Shown here: positions 23,157 through 30,696 of the stretch, in pieces
Layout: each line of letters opens with the position of its first letter
How positions within the stretch are numbered: the stretch's first letter is position 1
Source of the DNA: a virus
DNA length: 64,000 nt
Virus record (IMG/VR): IMGVR_UViG_3300045600_000078
Location: 1 to 64,000 of that record
Reading direction: 5' to 3' (one strand)
Translations under genes and position numbers: made by a program
Notes under the pieces: generated by a model
What the model saw: only the letters and a program-made list of their open reading frames with translations
What the model was told of the DNA's origin: nothing
Database searches by the model: none

Positions 23157-23176
23157 TTTAGAGAGGTGTTATATTT

Positions 23177-23452
23177 ATGAAAACTGAGAAGCCGACCGAG
23201 AACAAGATCAACATAAACGAGGCTCTTAGTCATTGCCCAGGAATGTCCTGTGGGTTCTGTCTGTTTTGCGAGGATAAAAAGCAGGACAAGTTTGTAGATC
23301 GTAAGGACGGGGTTCGTTCTTATAAGCCTTGGCGTGGAAATTGCCATAGGTATCCGCCTACAGTCATTACTGACACCAATGGTAATCCATATTTTGTTCG
23401 CCCATCAGTCTATCTGACTGATTGGTGCGGAGAGTTTAAGCAAATTGTATAA
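23177..23452 (+). CDS. Cys-rich small protein, paralog of 10654..10857
   Basis: See 10654; RBS AGAGGTG. Confidence 0.5.
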   Translation: MKTEKPTENKININEALSHCPGMSCGFCLFCEDKKQDKFVDRKDGVRSYKPWRGNCHRYPPTVITDTNGNPYFVRPSVYLTDWCGEFKQIV

Positions 23453-23466
23453 TAGGGGAGAATAAC

Positions 23467-23679
23467 ATGCCTGAAAAGAACGAGTACGATCATACTGGAA
23501 AGACCTATGGATACGATCTTGTCCAGATTCTTCGCAAGAAGTCTTATGGCAAGGGGTTCCGAAAGGGTTATGACAAGGGATATTTGCAAGCCCTCGATGA
23601 CGTAGAGGATGCCGCTAAGCAGATTCATGAAACTGCAAGCAATACTGCTCCTAGTAGTGCCTTCACCCATCGCGCCTAA
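23467..23679 (+). CDS. Hypothetical protein (70 aa)
   Basis: RBS GGGGAG. Confidence 0.45.
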   Translation: MPEKNEYDHTGKTYGYDLVQILRKKSYGKGFRKGYDKGYLQALDDVEDAAKQIHETASNTAPSSAFTHRA

Positions 23680-23735
23680 ATATTAATTCAGAAAATGCTA
23701 CAGTACCTCTTAATATTACTAATTCTGCCCAGTAA

Positions 23736-23764
23736 TTCGCGTAATTTACATACCCTATAATGAG
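23736..23764 (+). promoter_or_regulatory. Tripartite promoter-like motif, copy 17
   Basis: TTCGCG taattta CAT accc TATAAT GAG. Confidence 0.6.
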
Positions 23765-23793
23765 GTAAGTCACTTCAATGAAAGGAGATTGTC

Positions 23794-24048
23794 ATGAAGG
23801 AGAACACCAACGAGGTTCAGGAGACCACGACCAATAAGGTCGACGATCTTGCTGCCAAGGGCGACGAGACTGTCAAGAAGGTCTGGCCGAAGGTGAAGAA
23901 GTTTGCTCTGAAGACTCTCCCTTACGCTATTTGCGTGGGGGTCGGAGTCGTCGGTGGCACGCTCTTCGCTGGAAGGCCGGCCGGAATGACGGACTCGGAA
24001 CTCGAGGACGCAGGCGTTGATCTTAACGGTCAGAAGCCTGAGGCCTAA
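23794..24048 (+). CDS. Small single-pass membrane protein (84 aa)
   Basis: RBS AAAGGAG; TM LPYAICVGVGVVGGTLFAG. Confidence 0.55.
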   Translation: MKENTNEVQETTTNKVDDLAAKGDETVKKVWPKVKKFALKTLPYAICVGVGVVGGTLFAGRPAGMTDSELEDAGVDLNGQKPEA

Positions 24049-24100
24049 TGAGTTCTGGTTCTAACACATTTAACTGTTAGCGAAGAAGCTCACCTCAATT

Positions 24101-24140
24101 GGGGGATGTCTGTAACAAGGCATCTCCCTTTTTCTTTTTT
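24101..24140 (+). terminator. Terminator hairpin, conserved-loop class
   Basis: GGGGGATG [TCTGTAACAAGG] CATCTCCC followed by TTTTTCTTTTTT. Confidence 0.6.
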
Positions 24141-24152
24141 AAAGAAGGTTTA

Positions 24153-24356
24153 ATGAAAACACAAGATCGATATTCTGAATCGGGCGTATCAGAAATTTGT
24201 TGTTGTTCTGACGAATGCCTCAGAAAGATATTCTGGAGCTACTTCTTTAAACTGTTTGTTACCGAGAAAGACTGTACCCGGTATATTCAGCGGTGGAAGA
24301 AGACGAGCTCATCTATCTCTTTTAAACAATTCATGGACATCGAAACAAACATGTAG
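24153..24356 (+). CDS. Hypothetical Cys-rich protein (67 aa)
   Basis: Internal ATG downstream of the terminator; weak RBS. Confidence 0.4.
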   Translation: MKTQDRYSESGVSEICCCSDECLRKIFWSYFFKLFVTEKDCTRYIQRWKKTSSSISFKQFMDIETNM

Positions 24357-24367
24357 TTAGGAGATTC

Positions 24368-24727
24368 ATGGAGTGCTGCGACGTCATATGCATGCTGGTA
24401 TTGCTAGCAATAGTTATATTCTTTGTCTGTAGAAATTGGTTTTTAAAAAACAGTCATGACTATGGGATTGTCGTATTCGTTGCCCGAAACGAAAACTGTG
24501 CTCTTGTAGATGAGGCCGTTAAAGAAAGTCATATTTATGCGAAGAAGTCGTTTGATGAATTCAATCGAGTAAACCGATACGATCTTGATGAGCGTTCTGG
24601 AAGTTTTTCTATATTTATTGCTACTCTTAGAGACCTATTCTCGAAAAAGGGAATAGCTCTTAACTATTATAAAGATGACTCTATGGTTAAAGGAAGGACT
24701 ATATTTGTCATCTATGATGAAGGCTAG
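24368..24727 (+). CDS. N-terminally anchored hypothetical protein (119 aa)
   Basis: RBS AGGAG; TM ICMLVLLAIVIFFV. Confidence 0.5.
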   Translation: MECCDVICMLVLLAIVIFFVCRNWFLKNSHDYGIVVFVARNENCALVDEAVKESHIYAKKSFDEFNRVNRYDLDERSGSFSIFIATLRDLFSKKGIALNYYKDDSMVKGRTIFVIYDEG

Positions 24728-24736
24728 GGTGATCGT

Positions 24737-25144
24737 ATGAGCAATCCTTGTCTCACTAAGATAAATTCTCGAAAGACCCTTTGGCGTAAGCGATTAAATT
24801 GTTATATTAGTAGTCTGGCTCTCGGCTATAACATGAACCCCGACGACATTCGAAAAGTATGGGAAGTGTTTGAAGCCAAGACAAGAACCGCTATTACTCC
24901 GAGGCCAGAAGAGCCCTACGAAGACTTTCTTATTCGATTTGTCGATATTTTCTATGTCATTACCATAAAGGCATTCAACATGTATGTTCTTGACGAAGAA
25001 ACGTATGACATAGAGCCTTGGTTCGCAGATTACATGGATCTATATTTCGAATCAGATCTTAATGAAGGCATCTGGTTTGACATTGAGCATCCACGTCCTA
25101 TGTATACTGAGGAAGACTTTATGTACTGCTCGACTTATATTTAG
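24737..25144 (+). CDS. Hypothetical protein (135 aa)
   Basis: ORF with RBS-like AGGGTGA. Confidence 0.5.
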   Translation: MSNPCLTKINSRKTLWRKRLNCYISSLALGYNMNPDDIRKVWEVFEAKTRTAITPRPEEPYEDFLIRFVDIFYVITIKAFNMYVLDEETYDIEPWFADYMDLYFESDLNEGIWFDIEHPRPMYTEEDFMYCSTYI

Positions 25145-25157
25145 AAAAGAGGAACCT

Positions 25158-25469
25158 ATGGAAACAACAAAGGCTTCTACTACCCATAAGAGTACTATTA
25201 ATGAGCTTATCTATAAAACCCGTACATGGTATTCAGCTAATAAAGACTTTATAAAGAGGCACGCTAAGATCGGTGCACTTGTTGGCTTTGCCGTCTCAGT
25301 TGGATATTCTCTTGGCAAAAAGACGCATACCGGAGCTATTACAAAGGTAGTTGAGTCACCTGTTACCAATGGGGCATACGCTGTGTTCTTTACGAAAGAG
25401 GGCGTGCCGACAGTAGCTGCAGAGCTTAGCTCGGTGCAGTCTGTAGACTCCCCAGATATTTTTATGTAA
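25158..25469 (+). CDS. Hypothetical membrane-associated protein (103 aa)
   Basis: AAGAGGAA upstream of ATG 25158; TM IGALVGFAVSVGYSLG. Confidence 0.5.
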   Translation: METTKASTTHKSTINELIYKTRTWYSANKDFIKRHAKIGALVGFAVSVGYSLGKKTHTGAITKVVESPVTNGAYAVFFTKEGVPTVAAELSSVQSVDSPDIFM

Positions 25470-25496
25470 CGCGAAAAGAACATGCCCCATAACGAG
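25468..25496 (+). promoter_or_regulatory. Tripartite promoter-like motif, copy 18, followed by a 5' hairpin + U-tract
   Basis: AACGCG aaaagaa CAT gccc CATAAC GAG, then GAGAGGCGCA atagg TGCGTTCTCTC TTATATTTTT. Confidence 0.45.
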
Positions 25497-25550
25497 AGGC
25501 GCAATAGGTGCGTTCTCTCTTATATTTTTCTCTCATGAAAGGAGAGAAGT

Positions 25551-26366
25551 ATGGAGAACTTGAAGACTATGTTGCACGAAGTTCCCTTAACGTTAGCGAA
25601 GGTTAGCCAGTCTTGTAAGAAGAGCGCACCAACGATTATGACCGGGGTTGGGGTTGTCGGCTTTGTGGCAACGGTTGTTGTTGCTTGCCAGGAGACTCCA
25701 AAGGCAATGGAGCTTATGGACGAGGAGAGCAAGAAGCAGAAGGTTAATGGCGATCATGGTTTTAATGCCAAGGCTAAGATGGTTGTGACTGTTGCCCCGG
25801 CATATTTGCCCGCAATTGGTCTTGGCATTGCCACTATTGGTTGCTTCGTTGGCGCAAATTACGTTAATCTCAAGCGTAATGCTGCTCTGGCAACGGCTCT
25901 TGGCATCTCGGCACGAGAATTCTCTGAGTATAAGGGTGTAATTGCTGATAAGATTGGCGAGAAGGGCGTTACTGAGGTTACGGATACCCTTGCTAAGAAG
26001 CACATCGATGAGACAGACATTCCCACAGATGATGATATTCTTGATACTGGAGATGGCCACACCAGGTGCTTCGATACCTTTAGTGGGCGATATTTCTGGA
26101 GCGATGCTGAGAAACTGAGGCAGTACGAGAACGATATTAATCACGACATGATTAATAATGGTATGTTCACACTTTGCCTCAATGATGTCTACGAGATTAT
26201 GGGGCTTCCTCCTGTCAAGATCGGTGAAGATCTTGGGTGGAATGCTCAGCGAGACATGGTTCACTTCTCGTATTCTAGTCAGCTTGACAAGAATCGTAAT
26301 CCTGTTCTCGTGGTGGCATTCCAGGAGGATCCTTATCACGATTTTTACTTCTCTTCTATCGGCTAA
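25551..26366 (+). CDS. Two-TM phage protein, paralog of 27729..28682
   Basis: Shared architecture: TM, charged helix, TM, then a C-terminal domain with LNDVYEIMGLPPVKIGEDLGW compared with LNEVYDGLGFPMTPEGQQVGW. Confidence 0.6.
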   Translation: MENLKTMLHEVPLTLAKVSQSCKKSAPTIMTGVGVVGFVATVVVACQETPKAMELMDEESKKQKVNGDHGFNAKAKMVVTVAPAYLPAIGLGIATIGCFVGANYVNLKRNAALATALGISAREFSEYKGVIADKIGEKGVTEVTDTLAKKHIDETDIPTDDDILDTGDGHTRCFDTFSGRYFWSDAEKLRQYENDINHDMINNGMFTLCLNDVYEIMGLPPVKIGEDLGWNAQRDMVHFSYSSQLDKNRNPVLVVAFQEDPYHDFYFSSIG

Positions 26367-26391
26367 TGAACGTCACCGATAGAGTCTATGG

Positions 26392-26420
26392 TTCGCACAA
26401 CGAGCATGCCATTTAATGAG
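26392..26420 (+). promoter_or_regulatory. Tripartite promoter-like motif, copy 19, followed by a 5' hairpin + U-tract
   Basis: TTCGCA caacgag CAT gcca TTTAAT GAG, then GAGAGAT aatagg ATCTCTC TTTT. Confidence 0.55.
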
Positions 26421-26455
26421 AGATAATAGGATCTCTCTTTTGAAAGGAGATATTT

Positions 26456-26662
26456 ATGAGTAATCAGATTAAGGATGCACTGTCTGCGGGGCAGTCTATC
26501 ATCGAGAATAGTTCGCCTAAGTTTCTCCCAGCACTGAATATTGCATCGGTTGTCACTGGTTTGGCAGTCAATGTGATCATGCTTGTGGTGGGGGTTCGTC
26601 AGCTGAACGATACTACGGTTGACAAGACTGATGTGCAAGATAGTACTGAGGTGTCGGATTAA
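26456..26662 (+). CDS. Small single-pass membrane protein (68 aa)
   Basis: RBS AAAGGAG; TM LNIASVVTGLAVNVIMLVVGV. Confidence 0.5.
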   Translation: MSNQIKDALSAGQSIIENSSPKFLPALNIASVVTGLAVNVIMLVVGVRQLNDTTVDKTDVQDSTEVSD

Positions 26663-26707
26663 GTTTTAAACATCTATATTTATACAGAGAAAAACCTATT
26701 ACCTTAC

Positions 26708-26750
26708 GGGGATGGGGCTCAAACATGGGCCCTGTCCCTTTCGCTTTTCT
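26708..26750 (+). terminator. Intrinsic terminator
   Basis: GGGATGGGGC tcaaacatgg GCCCTGTCCC followed by TTTCGCTTTT. Confidence 0.5.
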
Positions 26751-26773
26751 CTATGAGACGAAAGGTTATATTC

Positions 26774-26968
26774 ATGAGTATCCAGGATCCTTCTCGTTCT
26801 ACCAGCATGAACCTTCACACTATTGCTAAGAACCTTTACGATATTTCTCGTCAGCTTCGCCTCATGAATGATAAGCTTACTCGAATCCTTCCGAATGATG
26901 AGAAGGCCTCCGAGGCTAATTCCATGGCAGAGGAGGCTATTGATGGCAACAACACCGATGCCGAGTAA
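26774..26968 (+). CDS. Hypothetical protein (64 aa)
   Basis: GAAAGG upstream of the internal ATG. Confidence 0.4.
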   Translation: MSIQDPSRSTSMNLHTIAKNLYDISRQLRLMNDKLTRILPNDEKASEANSMAEEAIDGNNTDAE

Positions 26969-27602
26969 AGAAGAGCTCCCTGGGAACTCCCATGCTGAGA
27001 GGGATGCTCGTGAGGAAGCAGCGAATGCCCTTGCCGCCAAGCGTCAGCTTCAGGGAACCGTTAATCCTGAGAAGCAATCCCTCGGTAAGAAGATTGTCTC
27101 AACTTTTGTCAAGGATGACATGAACGAGGTCAAGGAATACGTCTGGTACGACGTTGTGCTGCCTAAGGTTAAGGAGATTATATCTGAAACTATCTCCAAT
27201 ACTGTCGACATGGCTCTGTATGGCGAGCGTCGTTCTCGCAGCAACATAAATCGACGTGGCGGTAGCTCGTATGTGTCATATTCTTCTCAGTACCGTTCTA
27301 CGAACGACTCCCGTCCACAGTATGCGAGTGGATCAAGAGACCGTAGAGACGGATACAATCTGAGTAATCTTATATTTGACACACGGGTTGACGCTGAGAG
27401 TGTTCTCGGTGATCTCTGTGATCTTGTTGAGGATTACAAGATGGCTAGTGTTGCTGACTTCTACAAGTTCGCTGGTATGGAGGAGCAGTCTACATTCATG
27501 GATCGTCGTTGGGGTTGGTATGATCTTGGAAACGCTCGAGTCGTTCGTACTCGAGATGGATATTCTATTGATATGCCTAGGCCCCAGCAGCTCGACGTGT
27601 AA
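26943..27602 (+). CDS. Hypothetical protein (219 aa)
   Basis: Start at the internal ATG overlapping the upstream gene. C-terminal domain ...VADFYKFAGMEEQSTFMDRRWGWYDLGNARVVRTRDGYSIDMPRP. Confidence 0.55.
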   Translation: MATTPMPSKEELPGNSHAERDAREEAANALAAKRQLQGTVNPEKQSLGKKIVSTFVKDDMNEVKEYVWYDVVLPKVKEIISETISNTVDMALYGERRSRSNINRRGGSSYVSYSSQYRSTNDSRPQYASGSRDRRDGYNLSNLIFDTRVDAESVLGDLCDLVEDYKMASVADFYKFAGMEEQSTFMDRRWGWYDLGNARVVRTRDGYSIDMPRPQQLDV

Positions 27603-27728
27603 GACGTTATATTCTAATTATAGGTCAACTATACTTATAAAAAGCAAACCCCACCTTAGAACGGCTCTCAGAGCCTCTCAGGGCTATATTTGACGGGGTA
27701 TTATGCTATAGACGAAAGGAATGTTTAG

Positions 27729-28682
27729 ATGGAACTCTCAACTGGTACCTTTTACAATAAGATTTCATCGTTGCCGTTCGGCAATCAGCTTGCTAAGGCA
27801 AGCGTGAAGGTTCAGGCCAAGAGCCCTGAGATTCTTCTGGCTACGGGAATTGTTAGCATCATTGGCGGAACTGTTTTGGCGTGCAAGGCCACAGTTTCTG
27901 CTCAGGAGGTGCTTGCTGAGCATCAGAAGATGCGTAATGATGTCGACGAGGCGGCTCGTCTTGGTGCAAACAACGAGGTTTCATATTCTGAGGAAGATCG
28001 TAAGAAGGATCTCGTAACTGTCTATGCTAAGACTAGTGTGGGTCTGGCTAAGACGTATGCTCCTGCTGCGGCGCTTATTGGCCTCGGTATATTTGCTCTT
28101 CTGGCATCGCATGGGATCATGGCTAAGCGTAATGTGGCTATTGTCGCAGCCTACGATACGGTCAAGACTGGTTTTGATGCTTATCGCAAGCGTGTTGTCG
28201 AGGAATTTGGTGACGAGGTTGACAAGAAGCTCCGCTTTGGTCTTCAGGACCAGAAGGTTACCGAGGTCGTCACGGACGAGGACGGCAAGGAGCATAAGAC
28301 GAAGGTCACGAAGACGGCCTTTGACCCCAACGAGGTCTCAACGTATGCTCGGTGGTTCAGTGCTGAGACGTCTCGTGAGTTCTGGAATCGAAACCCGTCC
28401 ATGAACCTTACGACTCTTAAGGCCAAGGAGTCATATTTCAATAATGTTCTTAGTGCTCGTGGTTTTGTCTTCCTCAATGAGGTGTATGATGGTCTTGGAT
28501 TCCCGATGACCCCTGAGGGACAGCAGGTTGGCTGGATGAAGAACGATGATGGAGACAACTTCATTGACTTCGGAATTCTTGAGAGCCGAAACATGCTTGC
28601 TGTGAACGGTCAGGATCCTGACGGAATCAACGCCTATCTGCTTGACTTCAATGTTGATGGTCCTATCATGTATAAGATTTGA
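27729..28682 (+). CDS. Two-TM phage protein, paralog of 25551..26366
   Basis: See 25551; RBS AAAGGAA. Confidence 0.6.
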   Translation: MELSTGTFYNKISSLPFGNQLAKASVKVQAKSPEILLATGIVSIIGGTVLACKATVSAQEVLAEHQKMRNDVDEAARLGANNEVSYSEEDRKKDLVTVYAKTSVGLAKTYAPAAALIGLGIFALLASHGIMAKRNVAIVAAYDTVKTGFDAYRKRVVEEFGDEVDKKLRFGLQDQKVTEVVTDEDGKEHKTKVTKTAFDPNEVSTYARWFSAETSREFWNRNPSMNLTTLKAKESYFNNVLSARGFVFLNEVYDGLGFPMTPEGQQVGWMKNDDGDNFIDFGILESRNMLAVNGQDPDGINAYLLDFNVDGPIMYKI

Positions 28683-28793
28683 AGATTAGGGTTAAATGCT
28701 CCTGCGAACTTTGGCAACTTCCAGGATGACCTTGACTATGCTAATGCTATGAACAACATTGATATTTAGTAGGACTGATTGGAGTTGAGCTAG

Positions 28794-29756
28794 ATGAACA
28801 AGAAGACCGTTATATGCGGTGTGGTTGCATTCGGGGTCGGTTTTGTAGTTGGCGCGATCGCTGATGCATATTCTGAGCCTATTCAGCAGACAGTTGAAGC
28901 TACTCTTATCAAGCTGCATATTAAGAAGGATACTCCTGATGGGTCGGAGAACTCTGATGAGCACAAAGACGTGCAGGTAGATGGGCAAACGGATCTTGTC
29001 TGGGAGAGCGAAGATGATATTCCTCCCGAGATTAAAGCTCTTGACAATTGTTCCCCAGAAGATGACAAGTATTTCGAGGGAAAGAAGTTTGTCTTAGCTG
29101 ATGACGCTCATAAGCCAGATCCTAGTGATATTGCTGATGAGATTGCTAAGTATAAGCATGCCACCGAGGGATACGCTACGGCTACTCCTGAGAGGCATCC
29201 TGAGACAATTGCTGATGATGACTCCGAGGACATGGATGATTCAGAGGACGACACGCCAATTGAGTACCAGAATGAGCCTGCTGAGGCTCGTGTAGCTCGA
29301 TTCATGAATCGTGTCATGAACGATGACAGTGACGAGGATAATGGCCCCGATATTTCCGAAGACGATGACTCTTCTGAGCTTGAAGAGCACAATGTCTTTG
29401 ACGAAAATGAGGGTAATGCGATTGAGGACCTGGGGGATGCTGCTGAGAAGGCAGCTTCTGAGAGTGATCTTGACGATGACGACATGTTTGAGTTCATCGA
29501 TGATTCTGGATGGAACTCTGACGATGGTTACGATAAGATAACGCTTATGTACTTCCCCGATGATGATATTCTTGTCGCTTCAAAGTATGAGAACCCGATT
29601 AACCCGAACTATATGATCGGTGACGATGCTTACAACGAGCTTCTGAAGGGCGAATCGGATACTATCATGGTGTGTAACAACAATCTGGGTGCAGATATTA
29701 AGATTAATGTTAATTATGACATTAATTATTACGATTGGTCTGCCGATAACGATTAA
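28794..29756 (+). CDS. Membrane-anchored, extremely acidic protein (320 aa)
   Basis: N-terminal TM VICGVVAFGVGFVVGAIA, then about 280 aa very rich in D/E (DDSEDMDDSEDD, DDDSSELEE, SDLDDDDMFEF). Confidence 0.6.
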   Translation: MNKKTVICGVVAFGVGFVVGAIADAYSEPIQQTVEATLIKLHIKKDTPDGSENSDEHKDVQVDGQTDLVWESEDDIPPEIKALDNCSPEDDKYFEGKKFVLADDAHKPDPSDIADEIAKYKHATEGYATATPERHPETIADDDSEDMDDSEDDTPIEYQNEPAEARVARFMNRVMNDDSDEDNGPDISEDDDSSELEEHNVFDENEGNAIEDLGDAAEKAASESDLDDDDMFEFIDDSGWNSDDGYDKITLMYFPDDDILVASKYENPINPNYMIGDDAYNELLKGESDTIMVCNNNLGADIKINVNYDINYYDWSADND

Positions 29757-29793
29757 AAACATATTTGTATGGAGGTGAAGTGCCAAACGACTA

Positions 29794-29824
29794 GAGGGTC
29801 CTAACATGGACCCTCACGTTTTGC
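29794..29824 (+). terminator. Hairpin, conserved-loop class; the loop contains the ATG of ORF 29806
   Basis: GAGGGTC [CTAACATG] GACCCTC followed by ACGTTTT. Confidence 0.45.
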
Positions 29825-30381
29825 ACCAAGCAATGAGTGATACTGCATATTTTCAATGGCTAGGTGAGAAGGTGAATCTTTATCGTCCGGAAAATGAGAT
29901 TTACTCTAGTTTATGCCATCTGTTAATGGATAGGGAGTACTATTGGATCATCAATAATGATGACAACCGTGCTGCAGATGGGCAATACCTTCGAGTATTG
30001 TTCTCTAATGAGATTCATGACAACAATTACTTCGGAAACATCAACACCCCGTGTACAATGTTTGAGATGTTGGTGGCTTTGGCTATGCGTGTAGATGATA
30101 TTCTATACGATAGTGAACGTGGATGCCAGATTGATAGATGGTTTTGGATGCTTATTAGTAACCTAGGTTTAGATAAAGCAACCGATGCCGAAATGGTCTG
30201 GAATGGGGAATACGGGGAGAAATTTGTCAACAAAACGATAGATTTTCTCCTTGAAAGGAAGTATGGAAAAAAGGGTATTGGAAGCCTTTTTCCGCTCCAT
30301 TCTAACCGATATTCGGACCGAAAAGACGTGGAAATCTGGTATCAGATGCATGACTACATTGATGAAAATTTCGGTGATTAA
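29806..30381 (+). CDS. Hypothetical protein (191 aa; start uncertain)
   Basis: Long ORF. The first ATG lies in a hairpin loop with no RBS; alternative ATG at 29833. Confidence 0.45.
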   Translation: MDPHVLHQAMSDTAYFQWLGEKVNLYRPENEIYSSLCHLLMDREYYWIINNDDNRAADGQYLRVLFSNEIHDNNYFGNINTPCTMFEMLVALAMRVDDILYDSERGCQIDRWFWMLISNLGLDKATDAEMVWNGEYGEKFVNKTIDFLLERKYGKKGIGSLFPLHSNRYSDRKDVEIWYQMHDYIDENFGD

Positions 30382-30384
30382 TGG

Positions 30385-30660
30385 TCTGAAAATGCAAAAG
30401 TGTACCCAGGTCGATTTTTTCGAAAAAATCGAAAAAAAGCTGGGTACACTTCGGCTTTTTGTGGGTACACTTTTTTTAAAAAGGGGACTCTTTTTAAAAA
30501 AACAGTACCCAGCATTTTTGAGGGTTTACCTGGGGATTTGCTCTAACTGGGTACTAAAGTACACTTTTTTTTACTATTAATATTAAAGTAAATTAATATA
30601 TATAAAAGGGTTACAGAGACCCCGATTTTTGTACTTTTGTACCCAGGTAAAAAACAGCCA
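30385..30660. repeat. Putative replication origin: iterons + palindrome + AT-rich unwinding stretch
   Basis: Six copies of GTACCCAG/CTGGGTAC at 30402, 30440, 30472(TGGGTAC), 30505, 30547 and 30639, in both orientations (extended CTGGGTACACTTTT). Perfect 22-nt palindrome TCGATTTTTTCGAAAAAATCGA at 30411-30432. AT-rich block at 30565-30610. Lies immediately upstream of the replicase. Confidence 0.55.
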
Positions 30661-30696
30661 TTTTTTACCAAAAATTAGTGCGGAAAGGAGGTATTA

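Noticed and set aside
25593-26339. 248-aa minus-strand ORF
   Set aside because: It is antisense to the two-TM gene 25551..26366, which has an RBS, a promoter motif and a paralog. No gene in this window is convincingly on the minus strand.
30251-30580. 109-aa + strand ORF across the ori-like region
   Set aside because: It overlaps the 3' end of gene 29806..30381 and then reads through iterons, a palindrome and T-runs. It has no RBS. Its apparent length comes from repeat DNA.
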